This document shows positions 53,534 through 62,798 of a stretch of 64,000 bases of DNA, piece after piece. Origin of the DNA: an uncultured Gammaproteobacteria bacterium (GTDB lineage: Bacteria > Patescibacteriota > Microgenomatia > UBA1406 > GWC2-37-13); NCBI GenBank assembly GCA_964401915.1, contig CAYOAI010000001.1:4987-68986 (forward strand). The letters run 5' to 3'. The notes beneath the pieces were generated by a model. The model did no database searches, had not been told where the DNA came from, and saw nothing but the letters and a program-made list of their open reading frames with translations. The position numbers were made by a program, and so were the translations under genes. Each line of letters starts with the position of its first letter. Positions within the stretch are counted from its first letter, which is position 1.

Positions 53534-54885
53534 AAATAATTCGTATCGCCCTCATCGCCCTTCTTCTGATTACCCTTATCTGGATTGATCTGCCTGAAAA
53601 TACCCACATCAAATTCTCCATAGGTCCAGTGAAGGTGGATCAAGTAGTGAATCCACTGGTCATCGATGCCACTGTATTTGGTCAGCCGATAAGACGTGAA
53701 TTCAAGACTCGCTTGGGACTTGATTTACGAGGGGGAAGTCAGTTGATATTTGAGGCAGATACAAGCCGTGTCAAGGCGGCGGATCTCAAAGATGCGGTTG
53801 ACTCAAGTCGAGATATTATCGAGAAGCGAGTGAATCTATATGGTGTGTCTGAGCCAGTTGTCCAGACAGTAAAGTCGGGCAATGTATATCGAATCACAGT
53901 GAGTCTTCCGGGGATTACAAATGTCGCGCAGGCTGTAGCACTAATAGGAAAGACTGCCCAACTTTCATTCAAAGAGCAGAGCGCAGTTGAACAAAAACTT
54001 ATTGCTTCGGGAAGCGGCACTATTGCTCTTCCCTCAAAAGACACTGGTATGTCGGGCAAGCACATCAAGAAAGCCAGCGTTACCTTTAATAGTCAAAATG
54101 GTGAACCAGAAGTATCTCTTGAGTTCACCCCAGAAGGCAAAAAGCTGTTTGCCGAGATAACTCGCCGCAATGTGGGGAAGCCAGTCGGTATCTATATTGA
54201 CAAATCGCTTCTATCGGCGCCGGTCGTCCAACAGGAGATTGCTGATGGCAATGCTGTAATAACCGGTAAATTCACAACAGATGCGGCCAAGAATCTGGTC
54301 GTCTCGATAAATAGTGGAGCATTGCCTGTACCACTAAGACTTATCCAGCAGCAGCAGATTGGTCCATCGCTTGGTCGCGTTGAGGTACAAAAGAGTGTGA
54401 TTGCCGGTATTATCGGACTGGCGATGGTCCTCATTTTTATGATTGGGTACTACGGGCGGCTTGGAGTCGTCGCTGCAATTGCACTGATTATCTATGGACT
54501 CATCACACTTGCCCTTTTTCGGGCAATTCCGATTGTGCTCACGCTACCGGGGGTTGCGGGCTTCTTACTATCAATTGGTATGGCGGTTGATACCAATATT
54601 CTTATATTTGAGCGGATCAAGGAGGAGCTCCGGAAAGGCAGATCTTTTGATGTGGCATTTAAGCTCGGATTTGGTCGCGCGATGGATGCGATAAAAGATG
54701 CCAATCTCACGACCTTGTTTGTCGCATTCATTCTCTTCAATCCTTTGAACTGGGAGTTTTTACCCCAGTTTGGACTCATTCGTGGATTTGCTGCAACTCT
54801 TATAGTTGGCGTACTAACAAGCTTATTCACAGGAGTCGTAATCACTCAAAGGTTAATACCATTATTTTATAAACAAAAAGCATGA
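53530..54885 (+). CDS. secD: Protein translocase subunit SecD
   Basis: LGLDLRGGSQLIFEAD.., IQQQQIGPSLG, and a C-terminal 6-TM block with AGFLLSIGMAVDTNILIFERIKEE. Confidence 0.92.
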   Translation: MKIIRIALIALLLITLIWIDLPENTHIKFSIGPVKVDQVVNPLVIDATVFGQPIRREFKTRLGLDLRGGSQLIFEADTSRVKAADLKDAVDSSRDIIEKRVNLYGVSEPVVQTVKSGNVYRITVSLPGITNVAQAVALIGKTAQLSFKEQSAVEQKLIASGSGTIALPSKDTGMSGKHIKKASVTFNSQNGEPEVSLEFTPEGKKLFAEITRRNVGKPVGIYIDKSLLSAPVVQQEIADGNAVITGKFTTDAAKNLVVSINSGALPVPLRLIQQQQIGPSLGRVEVQKSVIAGIIGLAMVLIFMIGYYGRLGVVAAIALIIYGLITLALFRAIPIVLTLPGVAGFLLSIGMAVDTNILIFERIKEELRKGRSFDVAFKLGFGRAMDAIKDANLTTLFVAFILFNPLNWEFLPQFGLIRGFAATLIVGVLTSLFTGVVITQRLIPLFYKQKA

Positions 54886-55748
54886 TAAATTTTCTCAAAT
54901 ATAGATCTGTGTATTTTGCCATCTCGGCAGTCGTGATTTGTATTGGTATCTTCTCGATATTTAGATGGGGATATATATTCTCAGTTGAGTTTGTTGGTGG
55001 TACACAGCTTGGATATACAGTCGAGCGGACTATTGATGCTGGTCAAGTAAGGCGTTTTGTTCAGTCACAAAATATTGAGGTGATCGATGCAGTAGTGCAC
55101 AAAAACATACTGGCAATTCGTACAAAAGCACTTGATGAAAAGCAACAAGCTGCGCTTCACACAAAGTTGCAACAGAAATTCAAACAGAAGTTGGATATTC
55201 AGACTACAGAGACAGTTGGTCCCACACTTGGTGCCGAGACGATGAAGAAGACCGCAATTGCGGCTGTCTTGGCGATACTAGGCATTCTTCTTTATACGAC
55301 TTTTGCCTTCAAAAGTGCGAATTTTGCTATGTCGGCCGTACTTGCTATGCTCCACGACCTGCTTGTTCTCTTGGGTATGTATTCTTTGCTCTCACACTTT
55401 ATGCGGGCTGAATTTGACACGCTATTTGTGACAGCGGTACTGACAACTCTTTCCTTCTCAGTGCATGATACGATTGTGATATTCGACAAGATCCGTGAGT
55501 ACAGACGAGAATACGGGACAGGCAATCTGGTGCATTATGCAAATCGTGCACTTACTGAGACGATGGTGCGGTCGGTAAACAACTCTATGACGATTGTATT
55601 TATGTTGCTTGCGCTTATTCTGCTTGGTGGAGATACCATACGATTTTTTGCAGTCGCGCTTTTGATTGGAACAGTGACAGGGACCTATTCTTCTCCATTT
55701 GTCGCAACACCTATCCTGGTCGTGCTTGAGAAAATGAAGAAAAAATAA
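54882..55748 (+). CDS. secF: Protein translocase subunit SecF
   Basis: FSVEFVGGTQL.., TVGPTLG, and LHDLLVLLG..FSVHDTIVIFDKIRE. Confidence 0.92.
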   Translation: MINFLKYRSVYFAISAVVICIGIFSIFRWGYIFSVEFVGGTQLGYTVERTIDAGQVRRFVQSQNIEVIDAVVHKNILAIRTKALDEKQQAALHTKLQQKFKQKLDIQTTETVGPTLGAETMKKTAIAAVLAILGILLYTTFAFKSANFAMSAVLAMLHDLLVLLGMYSLLSHFMRAEFDTLFVTAVLTTLSFSVHDTIVIFDKIREYRREYGTGNLVHYANRALTETMVRSVNNSMTIVFMLLALILLGGDTIRFFAVALLIGTVTGTYSSPFVATPILVVLEKMKKK

Positions 55749-55749
55749 T

Positions 55750-56373
55750 ATGGATTTTACGATCTACTCACTTGGGCAGATGCAGGCAAATTGCTATCTT
55801 ATTGAGGATGGTGGCGACTGCATCCTGATTGATCCGGCCGATGAGGGGAGCTTCATACTTGAGCAGCTTGTCTCGCGCCGCCTCCATCTATTGGGGCAAT
55901 TTGCATCTCACGGACATTTTGATCATGTGATGGCAGCGGGCGAGATCGAGGCAAGCCTTGATGTTCCACTTTCTATTTTTAGAGAAGATCAATTCTTAAT
56001 TAACAGGCTTGAGGATACGGCTAAGCATTTCTTGGGCCATGAACCAATCGTCATAAAACCCGCAAGCTTTTCTTATCTCAAAGAGGGGGAGCGCAAGCTT
56101 GGGCCTTTCACCTTTGAAGTTCTACATATCCCTGGACATACTCCAGGGTCTGCCGCATATTATTTCAGGCGCGAAGGTTGGCTTTTCACAGGGGACACAT
56201 TATTTAAAGAGACAATAGGTCGATATGATTTTTCCTACAGCAAGAAAGATGAGTTGAAGAAATCACTTGTGAGATTATTATCTCTTCCACAAGACACGAT
56301 TGTGTATCCAGGCCATGGGGAATCAACGATGATAAGTGACGAGCAGAAGGTGATGGAAAAATTTAATCTGTAG
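55750..56373 (+). CDS. MBL-fold metallo-hydrolase (glyoxalase II-like)
   Basis: SHGHFDHV motif, HIPGHTPGS and PGHGESTMI. Confidence 0.8.
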   Translation: MDFTIYSLGQMQANCYLIEDGGDCILIDPADEGSFILEQLVSRRLHLLGQFASHGHFDHVMAAGEIEASLDVPLSIFREDQFLINRLEDTAKHFLGHEPIVIKPASFSYLKEGERKLGPFTFEVLHIPGHTPGSAAYYFRREGWLFTGDTLFKETIGRYDFSYSKKDELKKSLVRLLSLPQDTIVYPGHGESTMISDEQKVMEKFNL

Positions 56374-57700
56374 CGAGTTTTTTTATTTCAGCAAGAAGAG
56401 CCTTTTTTTCGTTTTTTATCTTATCTTCAACGACTTTCTCAAAAATTGCATTTAGAATCTTGCCAATCTGTGGACCGGGCTTGAGATTCAGCTCGGCCAT
56501 TACGTCGCGGCCCGTAATTTTTAGATCTGTCAGATCAAATGGCTTTTTCTGCACCTCAGCCAGTCGCTTTATAAAAAGCTCAAGGCGCCAAGATGTAGGA
56601 GTAGCTCCTGATCCGATGCGGTCTCCTGTTCGAACAGCAAGCATGTCCTCGATATTCGCTCGTCCCACAGCCGTTATAAACCTACGCACTGCTTTGTCTG
56701 TCTGCTCCTCTGACACGGAGAACATATGATGACGAACAAGCATTACGAGTTTTTCCTTCTGAACTTTTGAGAGATGAAGGCGGTCTGCAATCTGCCCCGC
56801 AAGATTGGCTCCCACGACCTCGTGGTTGTAGAATGTGATGATCTCAGTGTCTGGATCTTTTTTGAATGTAGAGAATTTGCCGATATCGTGCAAGAGTGCT
56901 GCGAGGCGTGTGATTGGATCGCTTGATGGACAATGTTTGAGCGCCATCACACAGTGAGTACCCACATCGTAGATATGGTGGCGCTTGGGACTTATCTGCG
57001 AAATTTCAAAACATCGATCAAGTTCGGGCAGGATGTGAGCAAGAAGCCCGCACTCGCGAGCAAGAAGTATTCCTTCAGCCGGATGATCTGAAGCAATGAT
57101 TCGCAAAAGTTCATCTCGAATTCTCTCCTGTGCGATATTTGTGATGAGCGAAGAGTTTTTTTTGATTGCATCTTGCGTATTTTTTTCAATAGTAAACCCG
57201 AGTTCTGTCGCTATCCGCACAGCACGGAGTAGTCGCAAAGCATCTTCCCCGAAACGCACATTTGCGTCCCCAACTGCTCGAATTATTTTCTTCTCAATAT
57301 CCACCTGTCCGCCGTATGGATCAACAATTTTCTTGCCGTCATATGCTATTGCATTGATGGTAAAATCGCGACGAGCTAGATCTTCCTCGATAGTCTTGGC
57401 CCATGTGACATCCTTTGGCCTGCGGCTGTCCTTGTATTCACCTTCACGGCGATATGTAGTCACCTCAAATATTTGTTTATCTTTCACCTCTATCCCAACT
57501 GTACCGAAGGTGTTGTTATAGAACCCTTTGGGATAGAGCTTGAGGATCTCTTCAGGCGTCGCGCTTGTTGCGAAGTCCCAGTCCTTGACCGACTTTTTAA
57601 GCAACAGATCCCGCACCGACCCGCCAACCACGAATATTTCGTAGCCTGCATCGGTAAATGATTTCATAAATTGTGCAACGTAATCTGGAAGCTTTAACAT
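56363..57700 (-). CDS. cca: CCA-adding enzyme / tRNA nucleotidyltransferase with HD domain
   Basis: IFVVGGSVRDLLLKK..DWDFAT and RRDFTINA, plus the HD region LLHDIGK. The track start is 57721. ATG 57700 (MLKLPDY) lies 7 nt after TATAAT (57708-57713). Confidence 0.88.
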   Translation of the reverse strand: MLKLPDYVAQFMKSFTDAGYEIFVVGGSVRDLLLKKSVKDWDFATSATPEEILKLYPKGFYNNTFGTVGIEVKDKQIFEVTTYRREGEYKDSRRPKDVTWAKTIEEDLARRDFTINAIAYDGKKIVDPYGGQVDIEKKIIRAVGDANVRFGEDALRLLRAVRIATELGFTIEKNTQDAIKKNSSLITNIAQERIRDELLRIIASDHPAEGILLARECGLLAHILPELDRCFEISQISPKRHHIYDVGTHCVMALKHCPSSDPITRLAALLHDIGKFSTFKKDPDTEIITFYNHEVVGANLAGQIADRLHLSKVQKEKLVMLVRHHMFSVSEEQTDKAVRRFITAVGRANIEDMLAVRTGDRIGSGATPTSWRLELFIKRLAEVQKKPFDLTDLKITGRDVMAELNLKPGPQIGKILNAIFEKVVEDKIKNEKKALLAEIKKLATD

Positions 57701-57730
57701 GTAAGTTATTATACAGCGCATACTATCTGT

Positions 57731-57759
57731 TTGACTTTATATACTAATCTGACTATTCT
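57731..57759 (+). promoter_or_regulatory. Promoter TTGACT-17-TATTCT, 7 nt upstream of ATG 57767
   Basis: TTGACT at 57731-57736 and TATTCT at 57754-57759, then taatcta-ATG. Confidence 0.5.
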
Positions 57760-57766
57760 TAATCTA

Positions 57767-58519
57767 ATGGACGAAATTCAAGCTTCTACTCCACTCAGTC
57801 ATCATGGGAATCCGCTGCTTCGCATTTTAGCTTTGCTATTTTTTGCACTACTTATTGCAGCGGTTTCATCTTTGGTTACGTATTACTTCATTGGCAAGCA
57901 GGTGCAAGTACAACCGCAAAGTTCGCTACAGCCAACAGCTAAGGCTGTCCCAACCGATTTTCCAACCACTACTGGAACAATTCCCACTCCTACCTTATAT
58001 CCAACTAGCAATGATCCTAATGAAGTGAGATTTACCTCTGAAAAGCTGGGAATTACTTTTACGTATCTTAAAACGCAGGATAAGTCTTTCCCAAATAGCA
58101 CGATTGAAGCAACCGAAACAGGTAATAGAGTATACGTTGGAGGAAAAGATGGACAATGGGTGGAAGTTTTTGAAAAAAGCCCCAATGACTCTTTTGAGGA
58201 AGCCATTAGAAAAAGATTATTGGCAAATTACTCACCCGCGGATTGTTTTGTAGTAAAAAGTAAGTTAAATAATTTTACTTATCCCTCTTCTTTTGAACAA
58301 GCATATATTTCTTTCCCAAAAACCAATCAAGAAAACGATCCTTTTTCCGAAAGCACTGCGAGTAAATGTCCAGCTGAATATAGGGAGACCAATGGGATAA
58401 GATATTTTTTACAAGATAACAATCACCCAAGTAAATTTCTCTTCTTCAGTATAGGGCAGTATGGTATTACATCAGGCAGTGATAAAGGTTGGCAGCAAAC
58501 CGTTCAAATTCTTAAATAA
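57767..58519 (+). CDS. Hypothetical membrane-anchored extracytoplasmic protein
   Basis: The track start is TTG 57731, which is the -35 box of the predicted promoter. ATG 57767 (MDEIQAST). One TM segment, a Pro/Thr-rich linker and a roughly 170 aa domain of unknown function. Confidence 0.45.
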   Translation: MDEIQASTPLSHHGNPLLRILALLFFALLIAAVSSLVTYYFIGKQVQVQPQSSLQPTAKAVPTDFPTTTGTIPTPTLYPTSNDPNEVRFTSEKLGITFTYLKTQDKSFPNSTIEATETGNRVYVGGKDGQWVEVFEKSPNDSFEEAIRKRLLANYSPADCFVVKSKLNNFTYPSSFEQAYISFPKTNQENDPFSESTASKCPAEYRETNGIRYFLQDNNHPSKFLFFSIGQYGITSGSDKGWQQTVQILK

Positions 58520-58548
58520 TACTTAATCATTATTCATTACTTATAACC

Positions 58549-59412
58549 TTAGATAAGCTTTTTCAGTGAGTCGATGCTTTCTTTGGTCGGGCCGGAGCCT
58601 TCACCCGGCACTTCCAGTATGAAGGGAAGATTCTTAAGCTTTGGATGATGGAGGAGTAGAGGGAATACATTGCCTCCGATTGTGCCCTCTCCGATATTGG
58701 CATGCTGATCGCGAAGACTTCCACGAGGATTGCGGCTGTCATTCGCATGAATCAATTCAAGCCGATCAAGGCCGATGGTGTCTTCAAAATGCTGCAGGAA
58801 CCTTTCAAGCTTTTCTGCAGTTGAGAAGTCGTATCCTGCGTCATTTGCATGACAGGTATCAAGGCAAACCTTGAGTCGATCACTACCCACTTCACGAATG
58901 ATTTTGCCAATCTCTTCAAACTTGAGTCCGATCTTGCGATTGCCGGCATTTTCGATGATAAAGTACGTATCATCTGGCGACTTTTGCAGAATTTCTTTGA
59001 CTTGCGCGACGAGCAGGGAATAGTCTGTCGGTTTGTCTGCATCAAACAGGCCGTCCGGCGACTTAGCGCTTCCATTTTTGAATGATCCCAGATGTACGAT
59101 ACTTCCACGGACTCCCAGACTTGACGCAACTTTGAGTTCATTCACCAGAAGCTGACGGGATAGCTGACCACCGCGCTCAGGATTGGCAAGATTGATAAGA
59201 TATGAAGCATGGAAGTAGACTGGATCAATGGCGAGTTTATCTTTAAGTGTTTTAAAGTCGATAATCTCATCATCTGTTGGCTTGGCGAAGTTCCACCCAC
59301 GGGGGGATGCTGAGAAGATCTGCATGCAGTTGCCGCCCATTGCGCTTATTTTTTGCAGTGCCTGAGTATAGCCGCCTGCAATCGTGACATGAGCACCGAT
59401 TTTATAATTCAT
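58549..59412 (-). CDS. nfo: Deoxyribonuclease IV (endonuclease IV, AP endonuclease family 2)
   Basis: MNYKIGAHVTIAGGY..CMQIFSASPRGW..HASYLINLA..IVHLGS..FIIENAG..CLDTCHA..IHANDS. The track start 59472 adds 20 basic residues. ATG 59412 lies 7 nt after TATAAT (59420-59425). Confidence 0.88.
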   Translation of the reverse strand: MNYKIGAHVTIAGGYTQALQKISAMGGNCMQIFSASPRGWNFAKPTDDEIIDFKTLKDKLAIDPVYFHASYLINLANPERGGQLSRQLLVNELKVASSLGVRGSIVHLGSFKNGSAKSPDGLFDADKPTDYSLLVAQVKEILQKSPDDTYFIIENAGNRKIGLKFEEIGKIIREVGSDRLKVCLDTCHANDAGYDFSTAEKLERFLQHFEDTIGLDRLELIHANDSRNPRGSLRDQHANIGEGTIGGNVFPLLLHHPKLKNLPFILEVPGEGSGPTKESIDSLKKLI

Positions 59413-59509
59413 AATGAATATTATACCTCTTGATCCGCCATATCTTAGCTTTCGCCTTTTGGTATTATTCATACACGGCTCAAGCTGCGATAAAAGGCGA
59501 GATCTGCGC

Positions 59510-59545
59510 CCCGATTAACTCCGATTGAATCGGGATAAAATCGGG
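59510..59545. promoter_or_regulatory. Nested inverted repeats CCGATT..CCGATT-g-AATCGG..AATCGG just upstream of the hrcA -35
   Basis: CCCGATT (59510-16) pairs with AATCGGG (59539-45). The inner CCGATT-g-AATCGG (59521-33) is a perfect 6-bp palindrome. Confidence 0.45.
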
Positions 59546-59547
59546 AC

Positions 59548-59582
59548 TTGACATGTTAGCAGAGTTCATGTATTATTGCTAA
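59548..59582 (+). promoter_or_regulatory. hrcA promoter (TTGACA-17-TATTAT) overlapped by a CIRCE-like operator TTAGCAGAG-N9-TATTGCTAA
   Basis: -35 at 59548-53 and -10 at 59571-76. The operator at 59556-59582 has outer arms TTAGCA/TGCTAA that match the CIRCE consensus. ATG at 59584 is 7 nt after the -10. Confidence 0.6.
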
Positions 59583-59583
59583 T

Positions 59584-60324
59584 ATGGAGGATCTTACACA
59601 ACGTCAGACCGATGTACTTAAGGCAATAATCCGTGAATTTACCGAGTCTGGTGAGCCTGTAGGTTCAGATATTCTTGAGAAAAAGTACAAGCTTGGTGTC
59701 TCGCCTGCAACAATCCGCAACGAGATGGTAGAGCTTGCTAAAAAAGGGTATCTTGTGAAGTCTTACTTTTCCTCAGGCCGAATTCCCTCATCTCGTGGAT
59801 TCCGCTTTTATATCAATCATCTGATGCGAGAGAAAGAGCTGTCTACGTCGGACGAGGTCGCATACAAAAATAGCATCTGGGATGATCGTGCTGATTCGCA
59901 TCGACTACTGAGTCACGCAACTCATATGCTTGCTGAAAAGACAGGTCTTCTGTCTCTGGCCATCACCAACAAAGGAGATGTGTATTACGCTGGCGTATCA
60001 AACCTTATGGCGATATCTGAGTTTTTGAACTGGGAACTTTCGCGGGTAATATTTGAGAGGCTTGATCGTGCAAGTTTTTGGGAAAACATTTTTGACCGCG
60101 TACAGAAGTTGGAGGATAATCTGCACTTTGTACTAAGTGAGGATGATTTCAGTGATCCTGTCTATGCTACATGCGCGAGTGTATTTGGAGAGTTTGAAGG
60201 AGCAAACTTACATGGCATGATAGGTGTGGTTGGCCCGAAGCGGATGTATTATGACTCTGTTGCTCCACAGATTAAGTATTTCTCAGGGCTTATTGAGCAG
60301 ATTGTCAAAGATCAGGGAATGTAA
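59584..60324 (+). CDS. hrcA: Heat-inducible transcription repressor HrcA (short, 246 aa)
   Basis: LTQRQTDVLKAIIREFTESGEPVGSDILEKKY..SPATIRNEMVELAKKGYL, positioned ahead of grpE-dnaK-dnaJ. Confidence 0.85.
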   Translation: MEDLTQRQTDVLKAIIREFTESGEPVGSDILEKKYKLGVSPATIRNEMVELAKKGYLVKSYFSSGRIPSSRGFRFYINHLMREKELSTSDEVAYKNSIWDDRADSHRLLSHATHMLAEKTGLLSLAITNKGDVYYAGVSNLMAISEFLNWELSRVIFERLDRASFWENIFDRVQKLEDNLHFVLSEDDFSDPVYATCASVFGEFEGANLHGMIGVVGPKRMYYDSVAPQIKYFSGLIEQIVKDQGM

Positions 60325-60338
60325 TATTAAAGATCAAT

Positions 60339-60773
60339 ATGGTAAAACAAAAAAAAGAAAAACAACAGGAAGTCGCACAGGTTGATTACAAGCCATTATA
60401 TCTTAGAGCTTTGGCTGATTATCAGAACCTTGAAAAAAGAGCACAGTCGCAAAAAGAAGAGATCGCACAGGCGACAAAGGGGCATGTAGTGGCGCGCTTT
60501 TTGCCATTTTTGGATAATCTGGACCAGGCCGAGGTTTTTATCAAAGATCCAGGCCTTGCAATTGTAAAGCAGCAATTTGTTGATGCTTTGACTTCTGAGG
60601 GACTCGTTGAGGTAGCTCAGGTAGGAGACTCATTTGACCCAACGTTTGCTGAGGCAGTTGATGTCGTGGAAGGCACGGAGGACAATAAGATTGTTGAGGT
60701 GGTGAAGCGAGGATTTGCAATTGACGGTCGCGTAATCCGGCCAGCACAGGTAAAAGTAAGTAAAAAAGTCTAA
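60339..60773 (+). CDS. grpE: Nucleotide exchange factor GrpE (short, 144 aa)
   Basis: YLRALADYQNLEKR.. and FDPTFAEAV.., positioned between hrcA and dnaK. Confidence 0.88.
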   Translation: MVKQKKEKQQEVAQVDYKPLYLRALADYQNLEKRAQSQKEEIAQATKGHVVARFLPFLDNLDQAEVFIKDPGLAIVKQQFVDALTSEGLVEVAQVGDSFDPTFAEAVDVVEGTEDNKIVEVVKRGFAIDGRVIRPAQVKVSKKV

Positions 60774-60813
60774 GGAATTTACATCTATTATTAATTTATA
60801 AATTTATAAAAAT

Positions 60814-62727
60814 ATGTCAAAGATAATCGGAATCGATCTCGGAACAACCAATTCATGTGTGGCTGTTATGGAAGGCGGAAAGCCCAAAGTTATTCACTCG
60901 CAAGAGGGTAAGAATACTATTCCCTCAGTCGTTGAGCCTGTAAAGCGCATAGTAGGGGACGTGGCCAAGCGCCAGATGGTTATCAATCCAGGAAGCACTA
61001 TCTACTCAGTCAAGCGACTTATGGGTCACAAGTTCTCAGATGAATCGACTAAAAAAGACCAAAAACTTCTGTCCTACGCCACCAAAGAAGGGCGGGACGG
61101 TATGGTAGTTGTTGAGGTCGGAGGTAAGACATACACTCCACAGGAGATCTCAGCTCAGATCTTGCAGAAAATAAAAGCAGACGCTGAAGCGTACTTGGGT
61201 GAGAAGGTCGAAAAAGCAGTGATCACAGTACCTGCGTATTTTGATGATGCTCAGCGCCAAGCGACAAAGCAGGCCGGTGAGATCGCAGGTCTTGAGGTGG
61301 TTCGAATCATAAATGAACCAACAGCCGCTGCACTTGCGTATGGTCTGGATAAGCAACATGCCCACACCATCGCTGTGTATGATCTTGGTGGTGGTACATT
61401 TGATATCACAGTCCTTGAGCTGGGAGATGGAGTATTTGAAGTGAAAGCGTCAAGTGGAAATAGCCATTTGGGAGGGGACGATTTTGACCATGTGATAATC
61501 GAGCACCTCATCTCAACATTCAAGAGTGAGAATGGAATCGATTTAAATGGCGATAAGCAAGCTCTTCAAAGACTCAAAGATGCAGCCGAGAAGGCCAAGA
61601 TTGAGCTGTCCACATCGACTGAGACTGAGGTCAATCTTCCTTTCATAACGGTCAAGGATAATCAGCCTCAGCACCTTGTGATGAAGCTTACTCGAGCAAA
61701 GCTTGAGTCACTTGTTGAGCCGCTTATTAGTCGCACATTTGAGCCGGTGACGCAATGTCTTAAAGACGCTAAGGTAAAGACCTCCGACATCAATGAGGTA
61801 ATCCTCGTTGGAGGAATGACTCGAATGCCAAAGATCATCGAAAGCGTGAAGGAATTCTTTGGACGCGAACCCAATCGATCAGTGAATCCGGATGAGGTCG
61901 TAGCCATTGGAGCAGCCGTACAGGCAGGTGTGTTGACCGGTGAGACCAAAGATGTAGTCTTGCTCGACGTGACACCACTGAGCCTCGGAGTGGAGACTCT
62001 GGGCGGCGTGATGACCCCACTTATTACAAAAAATACAACTATCCCGACATCAAAATCGGAGGTCTTTTCAACTGCAGCAGACAATCAGACAAGCGTTGAG
62101 GTACATGTCTTGCAGGGAGAGCGACCATTGGCCCGCGACAATAAATCACTCGGGCGATTTATTCTTGAGGGAGTGCCCCCGGCTCCGCGTGGAGTGCCAC
62201 AAGTTGAGGTGACTTTTGATACGGATGCTTCAGGAATACTGACAGTCACCGCAAAAGACAAGGCCAGCGGCAAATCTCAAGAAATTCGTATCACAGGATC
62301 GACCGGGCTCACAAAAGAGGAGATTGAGAAGATGCGTGAGGAGGCTGAGAAAAACGCCGATAGCGATAAGCTTGAGAAAGAGCGAATTGACGCGAAAAAT
62401 CAAGCAGACAATCTCATCTATACATCTGAAAAATCTCTTAAAGACGCAGGAGATAAAGCTCCTAAGGAGATCCGCGAGGATATAGAGAGCAAGGTCAAAG
62501 AGCTCAAAGATGCTCTTGAGAAGGCACCGGCCACTGAGCTTGAGGAGAAGACAAAAGCACTTTCCGAGTCCCTCAGTAAGATTGGTCAATACATGTACGA
62601 TCAGAAGAAAGAGGATGTGGCGCCAGGTGACGTGCCAGCTGATGTGGAAAAAAGTGAGGGGTCCAAAGAAGAAGATGGTAAAAAGCCATCCGACGGACCT
62701 GTCGAAGAAGGAGAAGTGGTTGAATAA
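60814..62727 (+). CDS. dnaK: Molecular chaperone DnaK (Hsp70)
   Basis: [30 protein letters not shown] and [13 protein letters not shown]. Acidic tail. Confidence 0.97.
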   Translation: MSKIIGIDLGTTNSCVAVMEGGKPKVIHSQEGKNTIPSVVEPVKRIVGDVAKRQMVINPGSTIYSVKRLMGHKFSDESTKKDQKLLSYATKEGRDGMVVVEVGGKTYTPQEISAQILQKIKADAEAYLGEKVEKAVITVPAYFDDAQRQATKQAGEIAGLEVVRIINEPTAAALAYGLDKQHAHTIAVYDLGGGTFDITVLELGDGVFEVKASSGNSHLGGDDFDHVIIEHLISTFKSENGIDLNGDKQALQRLKDAAEKAKIELSTSTETEVNLPFITVKDNQPQHLVMKLTRAKLESLVEPLISRTFEPVTQCLKDAKVKTSDINEVILVGGMTRMPKIIESVKEFFGREPNRSVNPDEVVAIGAAVQAGVLTGETKDVVLLDVTPLSLGVETLGGVMTPLITKNTTIPTSKSEVFSTAADNQTSVEVHVLQGERPLARDNKSLGRFILEGVPPAPRGVPQVEVTFDTDASGILTVTAKDKASGKSQEIRITGSTGLTKEEIEKMREEAEKNADSDKLEKERIDAKNQADNLIYTSEKSLKDAGDKAPKEIREDIESKVKELKDALEKAPATELEEKTKALSESLSKIGQYMYDQKKEDVAPGDVPADVEKSEGSKEEDGKKPSDGPVEEGEVVE

Positions 62728-62751
62728 ACTGATTAAAAAATAAGCACACAT

Positions 62752-62780
62752 TATCCCCGCCCTACATAAAGGCGGGGATA
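62752..62780 (+). other. 10-bp GC-rich hairpin between dnaK and dnaJ, without a U-tract
   Basis: TATCCCCGCC-ctacataaa-GGCGGGGATA followed by GTTGTATATC. Confidence 0.6.
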
Positions 62781-62798
62781 GTTGTATATCTTAAATAT

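Noticed and set aside
61668-62751. Antisense or alternate-frame ORFs within dnaK (61668..62084, 62230..62751, 62510..62743).
   Set aside because: They are fully embedded in dnaK. The composition-driven open frames have no start context or motifs.
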